64,000 bases of DNA from an uncultured Planctomycetales bacterium. Lineage in GTDB: Bacteria > Omnitrophota > Gorgyraeia > Zapsychrales > JANLHA01. Under the pieces are notes generated by a model. It was not told the origin of the DNA and did not search any database. It saw nothing but the letters and a program-made list of their open reading frames with translations. A program made the position numbers and the translations under genes. The stretch lies in NCBI GenBank assembly GCA_964595465.1, contig CAZQQI010000002.1, forward strand, positions 66,078-130,077, given 5' to 3'. Below are positions 38,180 through 48,367 of the stretch, piece after piece; position 1 is the stretch's first letter; each line of letters starts with the position of its first letter.

Positions 38180-39931
38180 ATGTCCAAGAAAGCACCGAAT
38201 GAAGGGATCAGATCTGTCCGCGAACATGGCAGCGGCGTGTTTCGAGCCGGAGCGCATATGCTGCCGTGTGTCTCTTTGATGATGGCCGAAGGGGTCATTC
38301 AAAAGGTCAAAGATCTCAAGAAGCCGTTTGTTACCATTATTAACTCCTATACGACTCAGATCCCCGGCCACGCTCATCTTGATCAGCTCGGCCAGGTTAT
38401 TAAAAAAGAGCTGGAGTCGCAGGGCGTTAATGTCTGGTACACCAATATCGGCGGGGCTGTCTGCGACGGTATCGCCATGGGGCATTTCGGTATGAAATAT
38501 TCTCTGCCGTCCCGGGAATTGATCACAGACCAGATCGAGACGATCGTCGGGGCTCATCCCTGTGATGCCTGGATCGGCATCGGCAACTGCGACAAGATCG
38601 TTCCGGCCATGTATAACGCCATGGCGCGTTTGAATGTGCCGTCGATCTACGTCAGCGGCGGCCCCATGCTGGCCGGAAGCCGCAATACGGACCTGATCTC
38701 AGTTTTTGAAGGCGTTGGAAAGCATTCCGTTGGAAAAATGTCGGATTCTGAATTGACGGATCTTACGGAATGCGCCTGTCCGGGTTTCGGCAGCTGTTCG
38801 GGGATGTTTACGGCGAATTCTATGAATTGTCTGGGTGAAGTATTAGGTTTGGCACTGCCGGGTAACGGAACGATCACGGCGACCAAAAGGGTCAAAGGTC
38901 AACGCCGCCAATTCCGTCTGAATCCGGAGCGGCTGGAACTCTGCCGTGAGGCAGCCAGAACCCTGATCCGTCTTATGAAGAAAAATATCCGTCCGCTCGA
39001 TATCATTACGCGTGAGGCGATCGATAATGCTTTTATTTTGGACATGGCCATGGGAGGGTCGACGAATACTGTTCTGCATGTCCTGGCTCTGGCCAGTCAG
39101 GCCGGGATCAAATATGATCTGAAACGTCTGAATCAATTATCGAAAAAAACCGCGAATGTCATCAAGATCGCGCCCTCTCGACCGGACGTGCATATTGAGG
39201 ACGTGCATCAGCTTGGCGGTATGGGGGCTATCCTGAAAGCGATCCATGATGCCGGGCACCCGTATTTAAAGCTTGATGCGAAGACCGTCTATGGCACATT
39301 AGGGACGTATGTCCGCAAAGCACCCAAGCCTGACGGAAAGATTCTGCGGTCAGTTCCGGACGCTTTTCAGAAAGAAGGCGGTCTGACGATCCTTTTCGGC
39401 AATATTGCCCGTAATGGTGCGGTTCTCAAGACCAGCGGAGTGGATGAGGATATGTTCGTTTTCCGCGGGAAAGCCAGGGTCTATGGTTCACAGGAAAAAG
39501 CCCTGGATGCCATTCTCGGCGGTAAGGTCAAAGACGGGGACGTTGTGGTGATCCGTTACGAGGGTCCCCGGGGCGGGCCGGGGATGCAGGAAATGCTTTC
39601 ACCGACTGCCGCGATCAAAGGGGCCGGCATCAGGGCGGCTTTGATCACAGACGGGCGTTTTTCCGGCGGGACACGGGGCCTCTGTATCGGGCATGTCGCG
39701 CCTGAGGCCGCAGCCGGAGGGGAGATCGCTGTCATCCGTAACGGCGATATGATCGCTATTGATGTTCATAAACGCTCATTAAACATCGAACTATCCGCTG
39801 CTGAGATCAAGAAGCGCCTGAAGGACCTGAAGCCGTTTAAGATCAAGGTTAAGGCCGGCTGGCTTTCACGCTATGCGTCTTTGGTGACCAGCGCGGATAC
39901 CGGTGCTGTTTTTCAGGATGTCGCATCCTAA
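38180..39931 (+). CDS. ilvD: Dihydroxy-acid dehydratase
   Basis: '[19 protein letters not shown]', 'CDGIAMGH', '[12 protein letters not shown]', '[16 protein letters not shown]' (Fe-S Cys ligands), '[15 protein letters not shown]'. GGAGGG RBS. Confidence 0.9.
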   Translation: MSKKAPNEGIRSVREHGSGVFRAGAHMLPCVSLMMAEGVIQKVKDLKKPFVTIINSYTTQIPGHAHLDQLGQVIKKELESQGVNVWYTNIGGAVCDGIAMGHFGMKYSLPSRELITDQIETIVGAHPCDAWIGIGNCDKIVPAMYNAMARLNVPSIYVSGGPMLAGSRNTDLISVFEGVGKHSVGKMSDSELTDLTECACPGFGSCSGMFTANSMNCLGEVLGLALPGNGTITATKRVKGQRRQFRLNPERLELCREAARTLIRLMKKNIRPLDIITREAIDNAFILDMAMGGSTNTVLHVLALASQAGIKYDLKRLNQLSKKTANVIKIAPSRPDVHIEDVHQLGGMGAILKAIHDAGHPYLKLDAKTVYGTLGTYVRKAPKPDGKILRSVPDAFQKEGGLTILFGNIARNGAVLKTSGVDEDMFVFRGKARVYGSQEKALDAILGGKVKDGDVVVIRYEGPRGGPGMQEMLSPTAAIKGAGIRAALITDGRFSGGTRGLCIGHVAPEAAAGGEIAVIRNGDMIAIDVHKRSLNIELSAAEIKKRLKDLKPFKIKVKAGWLSRYASLVTSADTGAVFQDVAS

Positions 39932-39956
39932 TACAACCGCGCGGTGTCAGACTTTT

Positions 39957-41933
39957 ATGAAAAAGTGGCTGTCATTTCATAACCGATGGTTTGTCTGTGT
40001 CCTATTGTCCGGCTCGGCGCTCGCGGCGTATTTCCATACGCTCCGGGCGCCGTTTCATTTTGATGATATCGTTTTGCTGTTAGGTGATCCCCGTATCCGC
40101 AATGTGTCTCTGGCTGTTCAGGGGTGGGGGGTGGATACCCGCAAGGCGCTGACCTTACTGAGTTTCGCGCTGAATTATGCTCTTCACGGCGAAAACACGT
40201 TCGGTTATCATGCCGTTAATCTCGGCCTGCATATCGGCACTGGCCTTCTTCTTTATCATGTTTTCCGAAAACTTTTTGCGGCTCCCCGTGCGGATGCCGG
40301 GCTTTTCCAGGACGCGAAAGCACTCAGCGTTTTTGCTTCCTTAATATTTCTTCTGCATCCTCTGCAGACGCAGTCCGTAACATATATTTGGGAGCGTTCC
40401 GAGGTCTTGAGCGGGTTCTTTTACACGTTGATCTTATGGTCGTACTTGAAGGCCCGTGTCGAGCGTAAGCGCCGTTTTTATCTTTACAGTGCCTTGTTTT
40501 ATTTCATCGGCATGTATGCGAAAGGCACAGTGGTGACCGCGCCGCTTCTCATCCTGCTGATCGAAATATTACTTTGGAGAGACGTGGGAACACGCCTCAG
40601 TTCGTTTTTAGGATTTTTTCGCTCCCGCCGAGAAAAGGTGCTGGCAGGGATATTGATTGTTTTATCCGGTTTTGTATTGTACCGGCCGATCAGCATGGTT
40701 CTGTTCGGTGTGGTCCCCTCATTTTATGACACCTATTTTTTTACGCAATTTCCGATCATTTGGAAATACATCCGTTTAACTCTTATTCCGGTCGGGCTTA
40801 GTCTCGAACATTCTTACCGCTGGATCCATACGTTTTGGGATCCTGCCGTGCTGACTGGTGCCGCGGGATTACTGCTCATTTTGGCGGCTTTGATCCGTTA
40901 CGCGCAGCGTTTCCCTCTTATCGTCCTGGGTGTTGGCTGGTATTTTATTTATCTCTTACCAACCAGTCTGAATTCGATCGCCACACCGGTGTTTGAGCAC
41001 CGTCTGTATTTCTCGATCGCGGGTTTCGGTTTGGCCGTTACGGTTTTCCTGCTGCGTGTTGTGAGAGACAGCTGCCGGTTCCGTCTCGTTATGATCGTTA
41101 TTGTTGCCGCCTTTTTCAGCTTAACCTGTTTCCGCAACACGGTCTGGATGTCCCGGATCACATTGCTGGAAGATACGGTCCAAAAAAATCCCGATCTGCC
41201 GCGGCCCTTATCAGCCCTGGGCGCGCTTTATCTTAAAGCCGGCAGCATAGATAAAGCCGAGCAGCTTTTTAAAAAAGCAGTATCACTGTCGCCGGGGTTT
41301 GCCGACCCGCATAATAATCTCGGTTTGATCTATCTGAACCGCGGGGAATACAAGCTGGCAGAAAAGGAATTTTTAGCGGCCCATCATCATGATCCATCGT
41401 ATTTCGGCCCATATCTTAATTTAGGATCTCTTTATCAAAAAGCCGGCCGGCCCGTTCTCGCGCTTCAGTGGTATCGGCGCGGATTCGAAGAGATCCAAAC
41501 TGAAAAGCTTTGCCTGTCCTATGCCCGGTCTTTGATCTCTTTTAAGAGGTATCCGCAAGCAGAGAGGGTCTTAAACCGATGCCGCGCGATCGATCCCGCC
41601 AGCCCGGACATCCCCCTTTTGCGGGGCCGCATGGCACTCGGTAGAGGCAGTCCCGAGCAGGCTGTCGAGTATTATCGACGAGCCATCCGGCAGGATCCGG
41701 AAGGCTGGGAGGCCTATAATGATCTGGGTGTGGTGTATTTTCAGCTTAAAGACTGGGAAGCTGCCCGTCATTTTTTAGAGAAAGCCCGCCGTTGCAATCC
41801 TGATCGCCGCGGGATCTATAAAAATCTGGCGAATGTCTACCATGAATTGAAGCAATATAAAAAAGCTGAAAGGTATTATGATTTTTACCGCACACTGCCG
41901 TACCGCAAAGGACAAAACATTCAAAAAGAATAG
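39957..41933 (+). CDS. TMTC/DUF1736-like polytopic membrane protein with C-terminal TPR repeats (putative GT-C glycosyltransferase)
   Basis: 'APFHFDDIVLL' motif near TM1, typical of TMTC/PMT-like GT-C enzymes. About 10 TM helices, then at least 5 TPR units ('ALGALYLKAGSIDKAEQLFKKAV', 'NNLGLIYLNRGEYKLAEKEF'...). The track ORF starts at 39903. Confidence 0.55.
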   Translation: MKKWLSFHNRWFVCVLLSGSALAAYFHTLRAPFHFDDIVLLLGDPRIRNVSLAVQGWGVDTRKALTLLSFALNYALHGENTFGYHAVNLGLHIGTGLLLYHVFRKLFAAPRADAGLFQDAKALSVFASLIFLLHPLQTQSVTYIWERSEVLSGFFYTLILWSYLKARVERKRRFYLYSALFYFIGMYAKGTVVTAPLLILLIEILLWRDVGTRLSSFLGFFRSRREKVLAGILIVLSGFVLYRPISMVLFGVVPSFYDTYFFTQFPIIWKYIRLTLIPVGLSLEHSYRWIHTFWDPAVLTGAAGLLLILAALIRYAQRFPLIVLGVGWYFIYLLPTSLNSIATPVFEHRLYFSIAGFGLAVTVFLLRVVRDSCRFRLVMIVIVAAFFSLTCFRNTVWMSRITLLEDTVQKNPDLPRPLSALGALYLKAGSIDKAEQLFKKAVSLSPGFADPHNNLGLIYLNRGEYKLAEKEFLAAHHHDPSYFGPYLNLGSLYQKAGRPVLALQWYRRGFEEIQTEKLCLSYARSLISFKRYPQAERVLNRCRAIDPASPDIPLLRGRMALGRGSPEQAVEYYRRAIRQDPEGWEAYNDLGVVYFQLKDWEAARHFLEKARRCNPDRRGIYKNLANVYHELKQYKKAERYYDFYRTLPYRKGQNIQKE

Positions 41934-41967
41934 GACAGGCACTGCCGTTCTGTGATAAGTTATTATT

Positions 41968-42831
41968 ATGGCTGAAAATGATATTCACAAAAATGATGAC
42001 GTACACTCCGGCAAGAAAGTCCTGATCGCGGATGATGATCCTGACATTCTTGAGCTGACCGGACGCGCTTTGCAGAAACGCGGCATGGAGGTCTTGACCG
42101 CACGTGATGGGCGTGAGGCTTTGGAATCGGTCAAAGTCCATCAGCCGGACATCATCCTTACGGATGTTCTGATGCCCGGCATGGACGGTTATGCGTTGTT
42201 TAAAGAATTGCGGAAGTGTTCTTTTACCAGCCGCATACCGATCGTGGTCATTACCGGACGCGGCCAAATGAAAGAACCGTTTGACGCGCTGGGTGTTGAA
42301 GGCTTTATTCAGAAGCCGTTTTCACCGGAACAGCTTTATCAGGAGATCCGGCGCGTTCTGCAGGACCATGATCTGTCCGATTCTCTGCGGGGTTCGGTGC
42401 AAAACACCCGTCAGGTTTTATGTGTGGTTGATCAATGTCATGAACCTGAACTTAAACGTATGAAGCAGGAGTTGTCCCGGGCGGGTTTTGATCCCATTCC
42501 GGCAGTCGGGGCGGCTGATGCTGTGGGGAAGGCGCTCGACGTTCTGCCTATGTGGGCTTTTGTCGATGTTCAATTAACGGATAAGCCTGCCGCGGAATTG
42601 GTCTACATTCTCCGGCACATTCCGAGGATGCGGGAGGTGAAAATATACGGTCTGAGTTTTTATCAGACAGCTCAGCTGGGAAATCCGGACGTCCGCAAAG
42701 ATGTTTTAGCGGTTTCTTCGGCCGCCGAAAAATTTATCAAGGCCGGGGCTGAGGACTATCTCGGGAAATATTCCGAGCGGATGCTGGTCCATCTTTTGGA
42801 AAAAGAGATCGGGGAGGGCGGGGGCCTATGA
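41968..42831 (+). CDS. Orphan response regulator (REC + degenerate second receiver). Paralog of 37062..37877.
   Basis: 'KVLIADDDPDILELTGRALQKRGMEVLTARDGREALE...IILTDVLMPGMDG...PIVVITG'. C-terminal pseudo-REC 'VLCVVDQC...WAFVDVQL'. Confidence 0.7.
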   Translation: MAENDIHKNDDVHSGKKVLIADDDPDILELTGRALQKRGMEVLTARDGREALESVKVHQPDIILTDVLMPGMDGYALFKELRKCSFTSRIPIVVITGRGQMKEPFDALGVEGFIQKPFSPEQLYQEIRRVLQDHDLSDSLRGSVQNTRQVLCVVDQCHEPELKRMKQELSRAGFDPIPAVGAADAVGKALDVLPMWAFVDVQLTDKPAAELVYILRHIPRMREVKIYGLSFYQTAQLGNPDVRKDVLAVSSAAEKFIKAGAEDYLGKYSERMLVHLLEKEIGEGGGL

Positions 42832-43385
42832 ATCTGCAAGACCTGGACCGCATATTAGCAATCCCCGACAAAGAACAGCGCTATAACGCTCTGAGGCGGA
42901 TGGCGGCATCTTTTGGGCTCTCAAAAAATGAATTGACCCGCGGGGGAAAGCCGCTGAGTGAGGAAGCTCTGGCCGTCAAGATCTATGACGCCTGGCAGAT
43001 CGACAACCGCAAGCGCCGGCGCAGTGCTGTGTTCAGCGGTGTTTATATTGTGGTCGGGGTCGTGGTCTTTATTTTTCTTCTGCGTCTTCCAGGTTATGTT
43101 GTGGCGATTTACAAGAAGAGTGAAGCAAGGCGTGAAAGAGAACAGCGTTCTATGGAGGGGGTCGATAACAGCGGCAATGTGGTAACCGGAACCCATCAGC
43201 AGCCGGTCAAATTCCGCCCCATGCACGGCACGTATGAAGAGTTCTATGATAATGGTGCTCTGCATTATGAATATGTTTACGACAACGGTGATTTAGTTAA
43301 AAAACGGGAGTTTCATTCTGATGGGCGTTTGTCCGCGGTCATTACCTTTGATGATAAAGGGAACCCCATTTACCAACCTTTCTAG
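42828..43385 (+). CDS. Membrane-anchored MORN-variant/YwqK-like protein (paralog of 432..1253)
   Basis: One TM helix, then 'YEEFYDNGALHYEYVYDNGDLVKKREFHSDGRLSAVITFDDKGNPI' MORN_2-like repeats. ATGA overlap with the upstream RR. Confidence 0.5.
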   Translation: MNLQDLDRILAIPDKEQRYNALRRMAASFGLSKNELTRGGKPLSEEALAVKIYDAWQIDNRKRRRSAVFSGVYIVVGVVVFIFLLRLPGYVVAIYKKSEARREREQRSMEGVDNSGNVVTGTHQQPVKFRPMHGTYEEFYDNGALHYEYVYDNGDLVKKREFHSDGRLSAVITFDDKGNPIYQPF

Positions 43386-43387
43386 TT

Positions 43388-43870
43388 ATGATCATTAAAC
43401 GGCCTTTTGGTATTATTCTGATCTCCGGTGTTTTTGCCTCTGTGGGCGCAGTGACAACCCTGCAGATCTTGTTTGAAATCATCGATGCTGTGCGGTATTG
43501 GGGGGTAGAGGCCATAGTCATTTCTTCACCGTTGGCATTGTTCGGGTTTTTCTTGTACGGTTGTGCTCCGCTGATATTTTATTCTTTAGGTGTGGGGCTG
43601 TTTTCGTCCCGACAATGGGCCCGCGACGTCAGTATCCGCCTGGTTCCGCCGGTTTCTTTTTTTCTGATCATGAATTGGCAGACTAAAACGATAAGGACAG
43701 AATTCGCCTTGTGGCGTGCTCCGTTAGGTTATGTGTTCGTAAAACATCCCGTCCCGTATTTCCGCACCTTTTTTCTCTGGGCTTTGGCCATGTTGATGAT
43801 CATGAAATATTTACGCAGTGAAATGATCCGCACGCACTTTCATTTAGCGGAAAAATATCGTCATCCCTAG
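43388..43870 (+). CDS. Integral membrane protein, unknown
   Basis: 160 aa, 4 predicted TM helices. 2 nt after the preceding stop. Confidence 0.4.
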   Translation: MIIKRPFGIILISGVFASVGAVTTLQILFEIIDAVRYWGVEAIVISSPLALFGFFLYGCAPLIFYSLGVGLFSSRQWARDVSIRLVPPVSFFLIMNWQTKTIRTEFALWRAPLGYVFVKHPVPYFRTFFLWALAMLMIMKYLRSEMIRTHFHLAEKYRHP

Positions 43871-43958
43871 TTTGCAAAAATTCTTCAGCGTTTTTGGTTT
43901 TCTCATATTGAATATGATATCCTTTGAATAGGTTCTGACGGCCGGCAAAGGAGATCAT

Positions 43959-44354
43959 ATGAGTCGAACGCGGCACGCGCTGATGTTCTTTTTTCTTTTT
44001 GTTTTTTCCGTTTCCGTCCACGCGGCTGAAAGCCCTCATCCCGTCATCCTTTTCGATAAGGGTGAAGCCATTCTCCAGCGTGATCAGAGCGTGTCCGATC
44101 TTACCGAAGCCCGGACACTTTTCCTGACAATCATTAATAAGTTTCCGGGATCCCCTTTAGGGTATTTAGGGATGAGCAAGTTGTACCGGCTGCAGGCCAG
44201 GCAGGACCTGCGCTATGATATTGAGACGTTAAAATTTAAGGCCCTTCCTTTCGCGGTCAAGGCCATGCAGTTGGGGCCGAGCATTAAAGCGGTGCATGAA
44301 AATTATGCGTTTTTTCGTGTGATCTTTGAAGACCATGTGCGCAAGCTGAAATAG
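43959..44354 (+). CDS. Small secreted hypothetical protein
   Basis: Signal peptide 'MSRTRHALMFFFLFVFSVSVHAA'. GGAG RBS. Confidence 0.4.
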   Translation: MSRTRHALMFFFLFVFSVSVHAAESPHPVILFDKGEAILQRDQSVSDLTEARTLFLTIINKFPGSPLGYLGMSKLYRLQARQDLRYDIETLKFKALPFAVKAMQLGPSIKAVHENYAFFRVIFEDHVRKLK

Positions 44355-44399
44355 ATAATATTCCTTTTTTGTCCGAGAGGCTGATGATAAAATAAAGAT

Positions 44400-45638
44400 A
44401 TGAATACACAGACCGCTCATTCCCGTAAAGATTTTGCCTCAACACTTCATGTGCTCGTTATTGAAGATAATGAGGTTGACCAGCGTTTGCTGGAGGCCAT
44501 GCTCGATAAAGCTCCGTACGGAGCTTTTGTTTCTTATATCGTCAGCACGATTCACGAGGCCAGGAAAATTTTATCATCTCAATTTATTGATGTGGCTTTG
44601 CTGGATCTTGATCTGCATGACTCGCGAGGGTTATCGTCGCTGCATCAGATCCATGATGATTTTCCTGACCTGGCTATTGTCGTCAATACGGGCGCATACC
44701 AGGACGAGCTCGGGCTGGATGCGGTGACATCGGGTGCGCAGGATTATTTGATCAAGGGGATGTACAAAGCCTATGGCTTGACCAAGGCGCTGTATTACGC
44801 CGTTGAACGCAAAAAAGCAGAAATTGATTTGGAGGCGGCGCTTAAAAATCTTCAGGAAGCGCAGACCCACCTGATCCGTGCTGAAAAGATGAATGTCATC
44901 GGCGGCGTTGCCAGCGGGATCGCCCACGAAGTCAAAAACCCGCTGGCCACAATTTTATACGGTGTCGAATTTCTCAATAACCGCCTTGAGCGTGCGGACG
45001 ATAAAATAGAATTGACATTGACCTCCATGAAAACCGCTACGCTTAAGGCGAACGATATCATTAAAGACCTTTTAGATTTTGCCAGCCTCTCAGAATTGAA
45101 GAAAGAAGACACGGATATTCACACCGTCATCGACCGCGCGCTTAAGCTGACGTATCATCAGCTGGACAAGCAAAAGATCAAGCTGCACAAGGATTATGCT
45201 GAAGAGGTTCCGCATGTCGTGATCGATGCCAATCGTATTGAACAGGTAATTGTTGATATTATTTTAAATGCCATTTTTGCCATGCATCATAACGGCGAAC
45301 TGCGGATCATAACACAGCTCAAAACCTGTGAGGCGCGCGACATTTTTGGAGTATCAGATATCACGGATCCGATTCAGCCCGGAGAAGACGTTGTCGTGGT
45401 GGATTTTGTTGATACAGGTCCGGGGGTTGATCCGGATCTGCTCGAAAAGATCTTTGATCCGTTTTTTACGACAAGGCGCGCGGCCGGGGGCGTAGGGCTG
45501 GGATTGTCAATTTCACGTACTATCATGATGGGGCATGGTGGTTCGATCAGTATTTCGAATTGCCCGGAGGGGGGCGCGTGTGTCCGTCTACTATTTAAAA
45601 TTAAGGGAGATCAGCAATGGGCCGCAGACGTATTTTGA
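44400..45638 (+). CDS. Soluble hybrid sensor: N-terminal REC domain fused to a HisKA + HATPase_c histidine kinase (no TM segment)
   Basis: 'VLVIEDNEVDQRL...VALLDLDLHDSRG' REC. 'GIAHEVKNPLATI' H-box. 'GPGVDPDLLEKIFDPFFTT...GGVGLGLSI' G1/G2 boxes. Confidence 0.85.
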   Translation: MNTQTAHSRKDFASTLHVLVIEDNEVDQRLLEAMLDKAPYGAFVSYIVSTIHEARKILSSQFIDVALLDLDLHDSRGLSSLHQIHDDFPDLAIVVNTGAYQDELGLDAVTSGAQDYLIKGMYKAYGLTKALYYAVERKKAEIDLEAALKNLQEAQTHLIRAEKMNVIGGVASGIAHEVKNPLATILYGVEFLNNRLERADDKIELTLTSMKTATLKANDIIKDLLDFASLSELKKEDTDIHTVIDRALKLTYHQLDKQKIKLHKDYAEEVPHVVIDANRIEQVIVDIILNAIFAMHHNGELRIITQLKTCEARDIFGVSDITDPIQPGEDVVVVDFVDTGPGVDPDLLEKIFDPFFTTRRAAGGVGLGLSISRTIMMGHGGSISISNCPEGGACVRLLFKIKGDQQWAADVF

Positions 45639-45994
45639 TTATCGATGATGAACCGGCTTTTACGGAAATGGTGAAGTTGAATTTGGAGTCGACGGGAGTT
45701 TACCAGGTAAAAATCGAAAACCGTTCCCTGGCCGCGGTTCAGACGGCGGCGTCATTCAATCCGGAACTGATCCTGCTGGATGTGGTCATGCCGGAGAAAG
45801 AGGGGCCGGATATCTTATGTCAATTCAAAGAAGAGCCTCTTTTGCGGAATGTTCCCGTGATCTTTTTGACGGCTACCATCCGTAAGACCGAAGTCGACGA
45901 ACAGGATGGGCAGATCGGCGGCTACCCCTTTTTAGCAAAACCCTGCAGTGTCGCCGAACTGATCGAAACGATCGAGCAGCATCTTCCCCGGTAG
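45617..45994 (+). CDS. Single-domain (CheY-like) response regulator
   Basis: 'RILIIDDEPAFTEMVK...LILLDVVMPEKEGPDIL...VIFLTA'. 22-nt overlap with the upstream kinase. Confidence 0.8.
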   Translation: MGRRRILIIDDEPAFTEMVKLNLESTGVYQVKIENRSLAAVQTAASFNPELILLDVVMPEKEGPDILCQFKEEPLLRNVPVIFLTATIRKTEVDEQDGQIGGYPFLAKPCSVAELIETIEQHLPR

Positions 45995-46069
45995 TCTTTC
46001 CCGTATAACCGTCGTTGTAACTCGATTATGTTATGGTATAATATTGCCGGATAAATTTATTATTCGGCT

Positions 46070-46828
46070 ATGATTATACGACGAGTATTCACGACAATAT
46101 ATGTGATGTGCTGTTTAGGGCAGACCGGCATGGTTTTTGCGCAGGTTAAAAACCAGGCGGGAAGTCATGAGCAGTCGTCCCGTTCTTCGCAAACGGATCT
46201 CTCCTTTCGATTGAACACCGTTTCACTTACAGGGGAGGGGCTGTGTGTCTTGCTGGAGATGTCCAATCAAACTTCCTACCGGAAAATTGATGTTCCCAGT
46301 GATTTTTCGCCTGTTCTGAGTGATGAGTACGGAAACGTTTACCGGTTGAGGGATACAGGTCAACCGTCTTCGGATATGAGCCTTTATCCCGGGCAAACCC
46401 TGTCATTGCCGATCCGTTTCGAACCTCCTGTTGATGAGGCATCATCGCTCTCACTGAAGGTTTACATCAACGACCGGTTAGCCAGCGAGATTCCGATTCA
46501 GCGATCTCAATGGGATCCTGATAATGATATGCAGACCCCTGTTTTTCATATTGCGTATCCCCGGGAAGCCGGCGCATATCATTCCGGGGAAAATATGTTC
46601 CTTAAGCTCGGGTTTCCTGCTGATCAGCCCAAACCCCGCCGTATTCATATTTTAATGGGGGACTATATCCTGACGGATTCTGATGCTGTCGGCCGTTATG
46701 AGCTCCGTGTTCCATCCGATAGTGGGAAAACACTTGAAATTATTGTCATTGCGGAGTATCTTGTCAACTCGAAGGCGCTGACTTCCTCGCAAACATTGAA
46801 TTTAAAGATCATTCATGAAACGTCTTAA
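46070..46828 (+). CDS. Secreted hypothetical protein
   Basis: Signal-peptide-like N-terminus. 252 aa, no recognisable domain. Confidence 0.4.
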   Translation: MIIRRVFTTIYVMCCLGQTGMVFAQVKNQAGSHEQSSRSSQTDLSFRLNTVSLTGEGLCVLLEMSNQTSYRKIDVPSDFSPVLSDEYGNVYRLRDTGQPSSDMSLYPGQTLSLPIRFEPPVDEASSLSLKVYINDRLASEIPIQRSQWDPDNDMQTPVFHIAYPREAGAYHSGENMFLKLGFPADQPKPRRIHILMGDYILTDSDAVGRYELRVPSDSGKTLEIIVIAEYLVNSKALTSSQTLNLKIIHETS

Positions 46829-48329
46829 ACTCACGCTCAACTTTTTATTGATACTCTTTGTGTGTCCTCCGGTAGCGGCTGGTTCTCAGAAGGGCGAAAT
46901 CTCTTCGCCGGATATCTATTCCCAAAGTGCTGCGGTTCAGCAGAAGATGGGGGATCCGGCTGCTGCCGTTATGCGCAGACTTCAGGGAATAGAATCTGAT
47001 GTCTTTAATGAGGAAAAATGGCAGGACCTTTCCCGTCTGCTTTCGGAAACAGAGGATATGCACCCGTTTGGCGGGCGTCTGAACCGTGTTGTGAGAATTC
47101 AGGAATATATTGTTTTTTTGATCGAGCGCCTGAAGTATTATCAGCAAAGTAACGCTGAATTGGAAGAGAAGCTCCATCTTTTAACCGATTTCGATATGAA
47201 AAGAGGCGTGGAAAATGTTCAGAGCGGCCGTTTGACATTTTCGCCGGCTGACTGGGATTCCCTTGATGTGCATGATCCGCTGTTTTGGGATGATGTTCTG
47301 CTGACACTGGATCACATCAAAAAACATATCACAGCGCGTCTGACCGCTGCGACTGATCGCAGCGCCAGATTAAGGCAGAGAAAATTGGCCTTTATCCAGG
47401 AATCGCGCCGTTTGGAAAACAGAGATATTGTTCAGCAGTTGTCTTCCCGTCTGGACAGGCTGCAAACAAAACTGCTGAGCAAAGAACGTACGGTGACACG
47501 GCAGAATGACCGGATTGCCCAATTGTCTGAGAATGTCGATAAGCTGGCCCTTTCCTTAAAAGTGATGCGGGATAAAATTCAGTTTTCAAATGAACGCGCT
47601 GAACGCACGACCAGAGAATTGGCGGATGTTTCACTCCAGCTTTATCAAAAAGAAGGGCAGCTGGTGGATAAGCAGCAGCAGATTGCTTCTCTTGATGAGG
47701 ATCTGGAAGAAGTGCATCAGCGCTTGGCTCTCGTGCAGAAGATCATTTCCGATAAAGATGAACATATCCGCTCGCTTGAAGATCAGATCGCCGGTTTGAA
47801 AGAGTCTTGGACCAGCAGGGAGCAAAACGCGGACATGGAATTTAATATGATGAGGGGGCGGTTAATACGAATAGAAGAGCAGTCGAAACAGCAGCAGAAC
47901 GATTATGAAAAACGTATAGGCCTCTTGGAAGATCAGGTGGCTGTTCTGCGGTCACGGAACACAGCGATATCGTCATCGCTGAGGGATAAAGAACAGCAGA
48001 TCGCCTTGATCCGGATCGATAACCAGCGCAAGGAAAAGTCCATCTCTGAAGCCGAAATTCTGCTTATGTCAAAGGACAGGAAGCTGGTGGAGCTCCAGGG
48101 GGTTCTGCGTGTCTACCGCGAAAAACTCGCGGATTTGACAGCGCGGTTATCAGGCGCAGAATTGGAGCAGCAGCGCCTTCGTCAACAGCTTTTTGGAAAA
48201 CAGAAAAACGGGAAGAGCGGTGTCCCCGAATCGATAAACAGCAGAATAACTTTAGATCAGCAGGCAAGAAATCGTTTAATTGAATTGCTGACACGCCCGG
48301 TTATATCTCCTAATAAAAGCACTCGCTGA
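46815..48329 (+). CDS. Secreted long coiled-coil protein
   Basis: Signal peptide 'MKRLKLTLNFLLILFVCPPVAAG'. More than 300 aa of heptad-rich Q/E/L/R sequence. Confidence 0.5.
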   Translation: MKRLKLTLNFLLILFVCPPVAAGSQKGEISSPDIYSQSAAVQQKMGDPAAAVMRRLQGIESDVFNEEKWQDLSRLLSETEDMHPFGGRLNRVVRIQEYIVFLIERLKYYQQSNAELEEKLHLLTDFDMKRGVENVQSGRLTFSPADWDSLDVHDPLFWDDVLLTLDHIKKHITARLTAATDRSARLRQRKLAFIQESRRLENRDIVQQLSSRLDRLQTKLLSKERTVTRQNDRIAQLSENVDKLALSLKVMRDKIQFSNERAERTTRELADVSLQLYQKEGQLVDKQQQIASLDEDLEEVHQRLALVQKIISDKDEHIRSLEDQIAGLKESWTSREQNADMEFNMMRGRLIRIEEQSKQQQNDYEKRIGLLEDQVAVLRSRNTAISSSLRDKEQQIALIRIDNQRKEKSISEAEILLMSKDRKLVELQGVLRVYREKLADLTARLSGAELEQQRLRQQLFGKQKNGKSGVPESINSRITLDQQARNRLIELLTRPVISPNKSTR

Positions 48330-48367
48330 CGGCTGCATGATTTTAATGATAGATAGCGGAGGATGGT

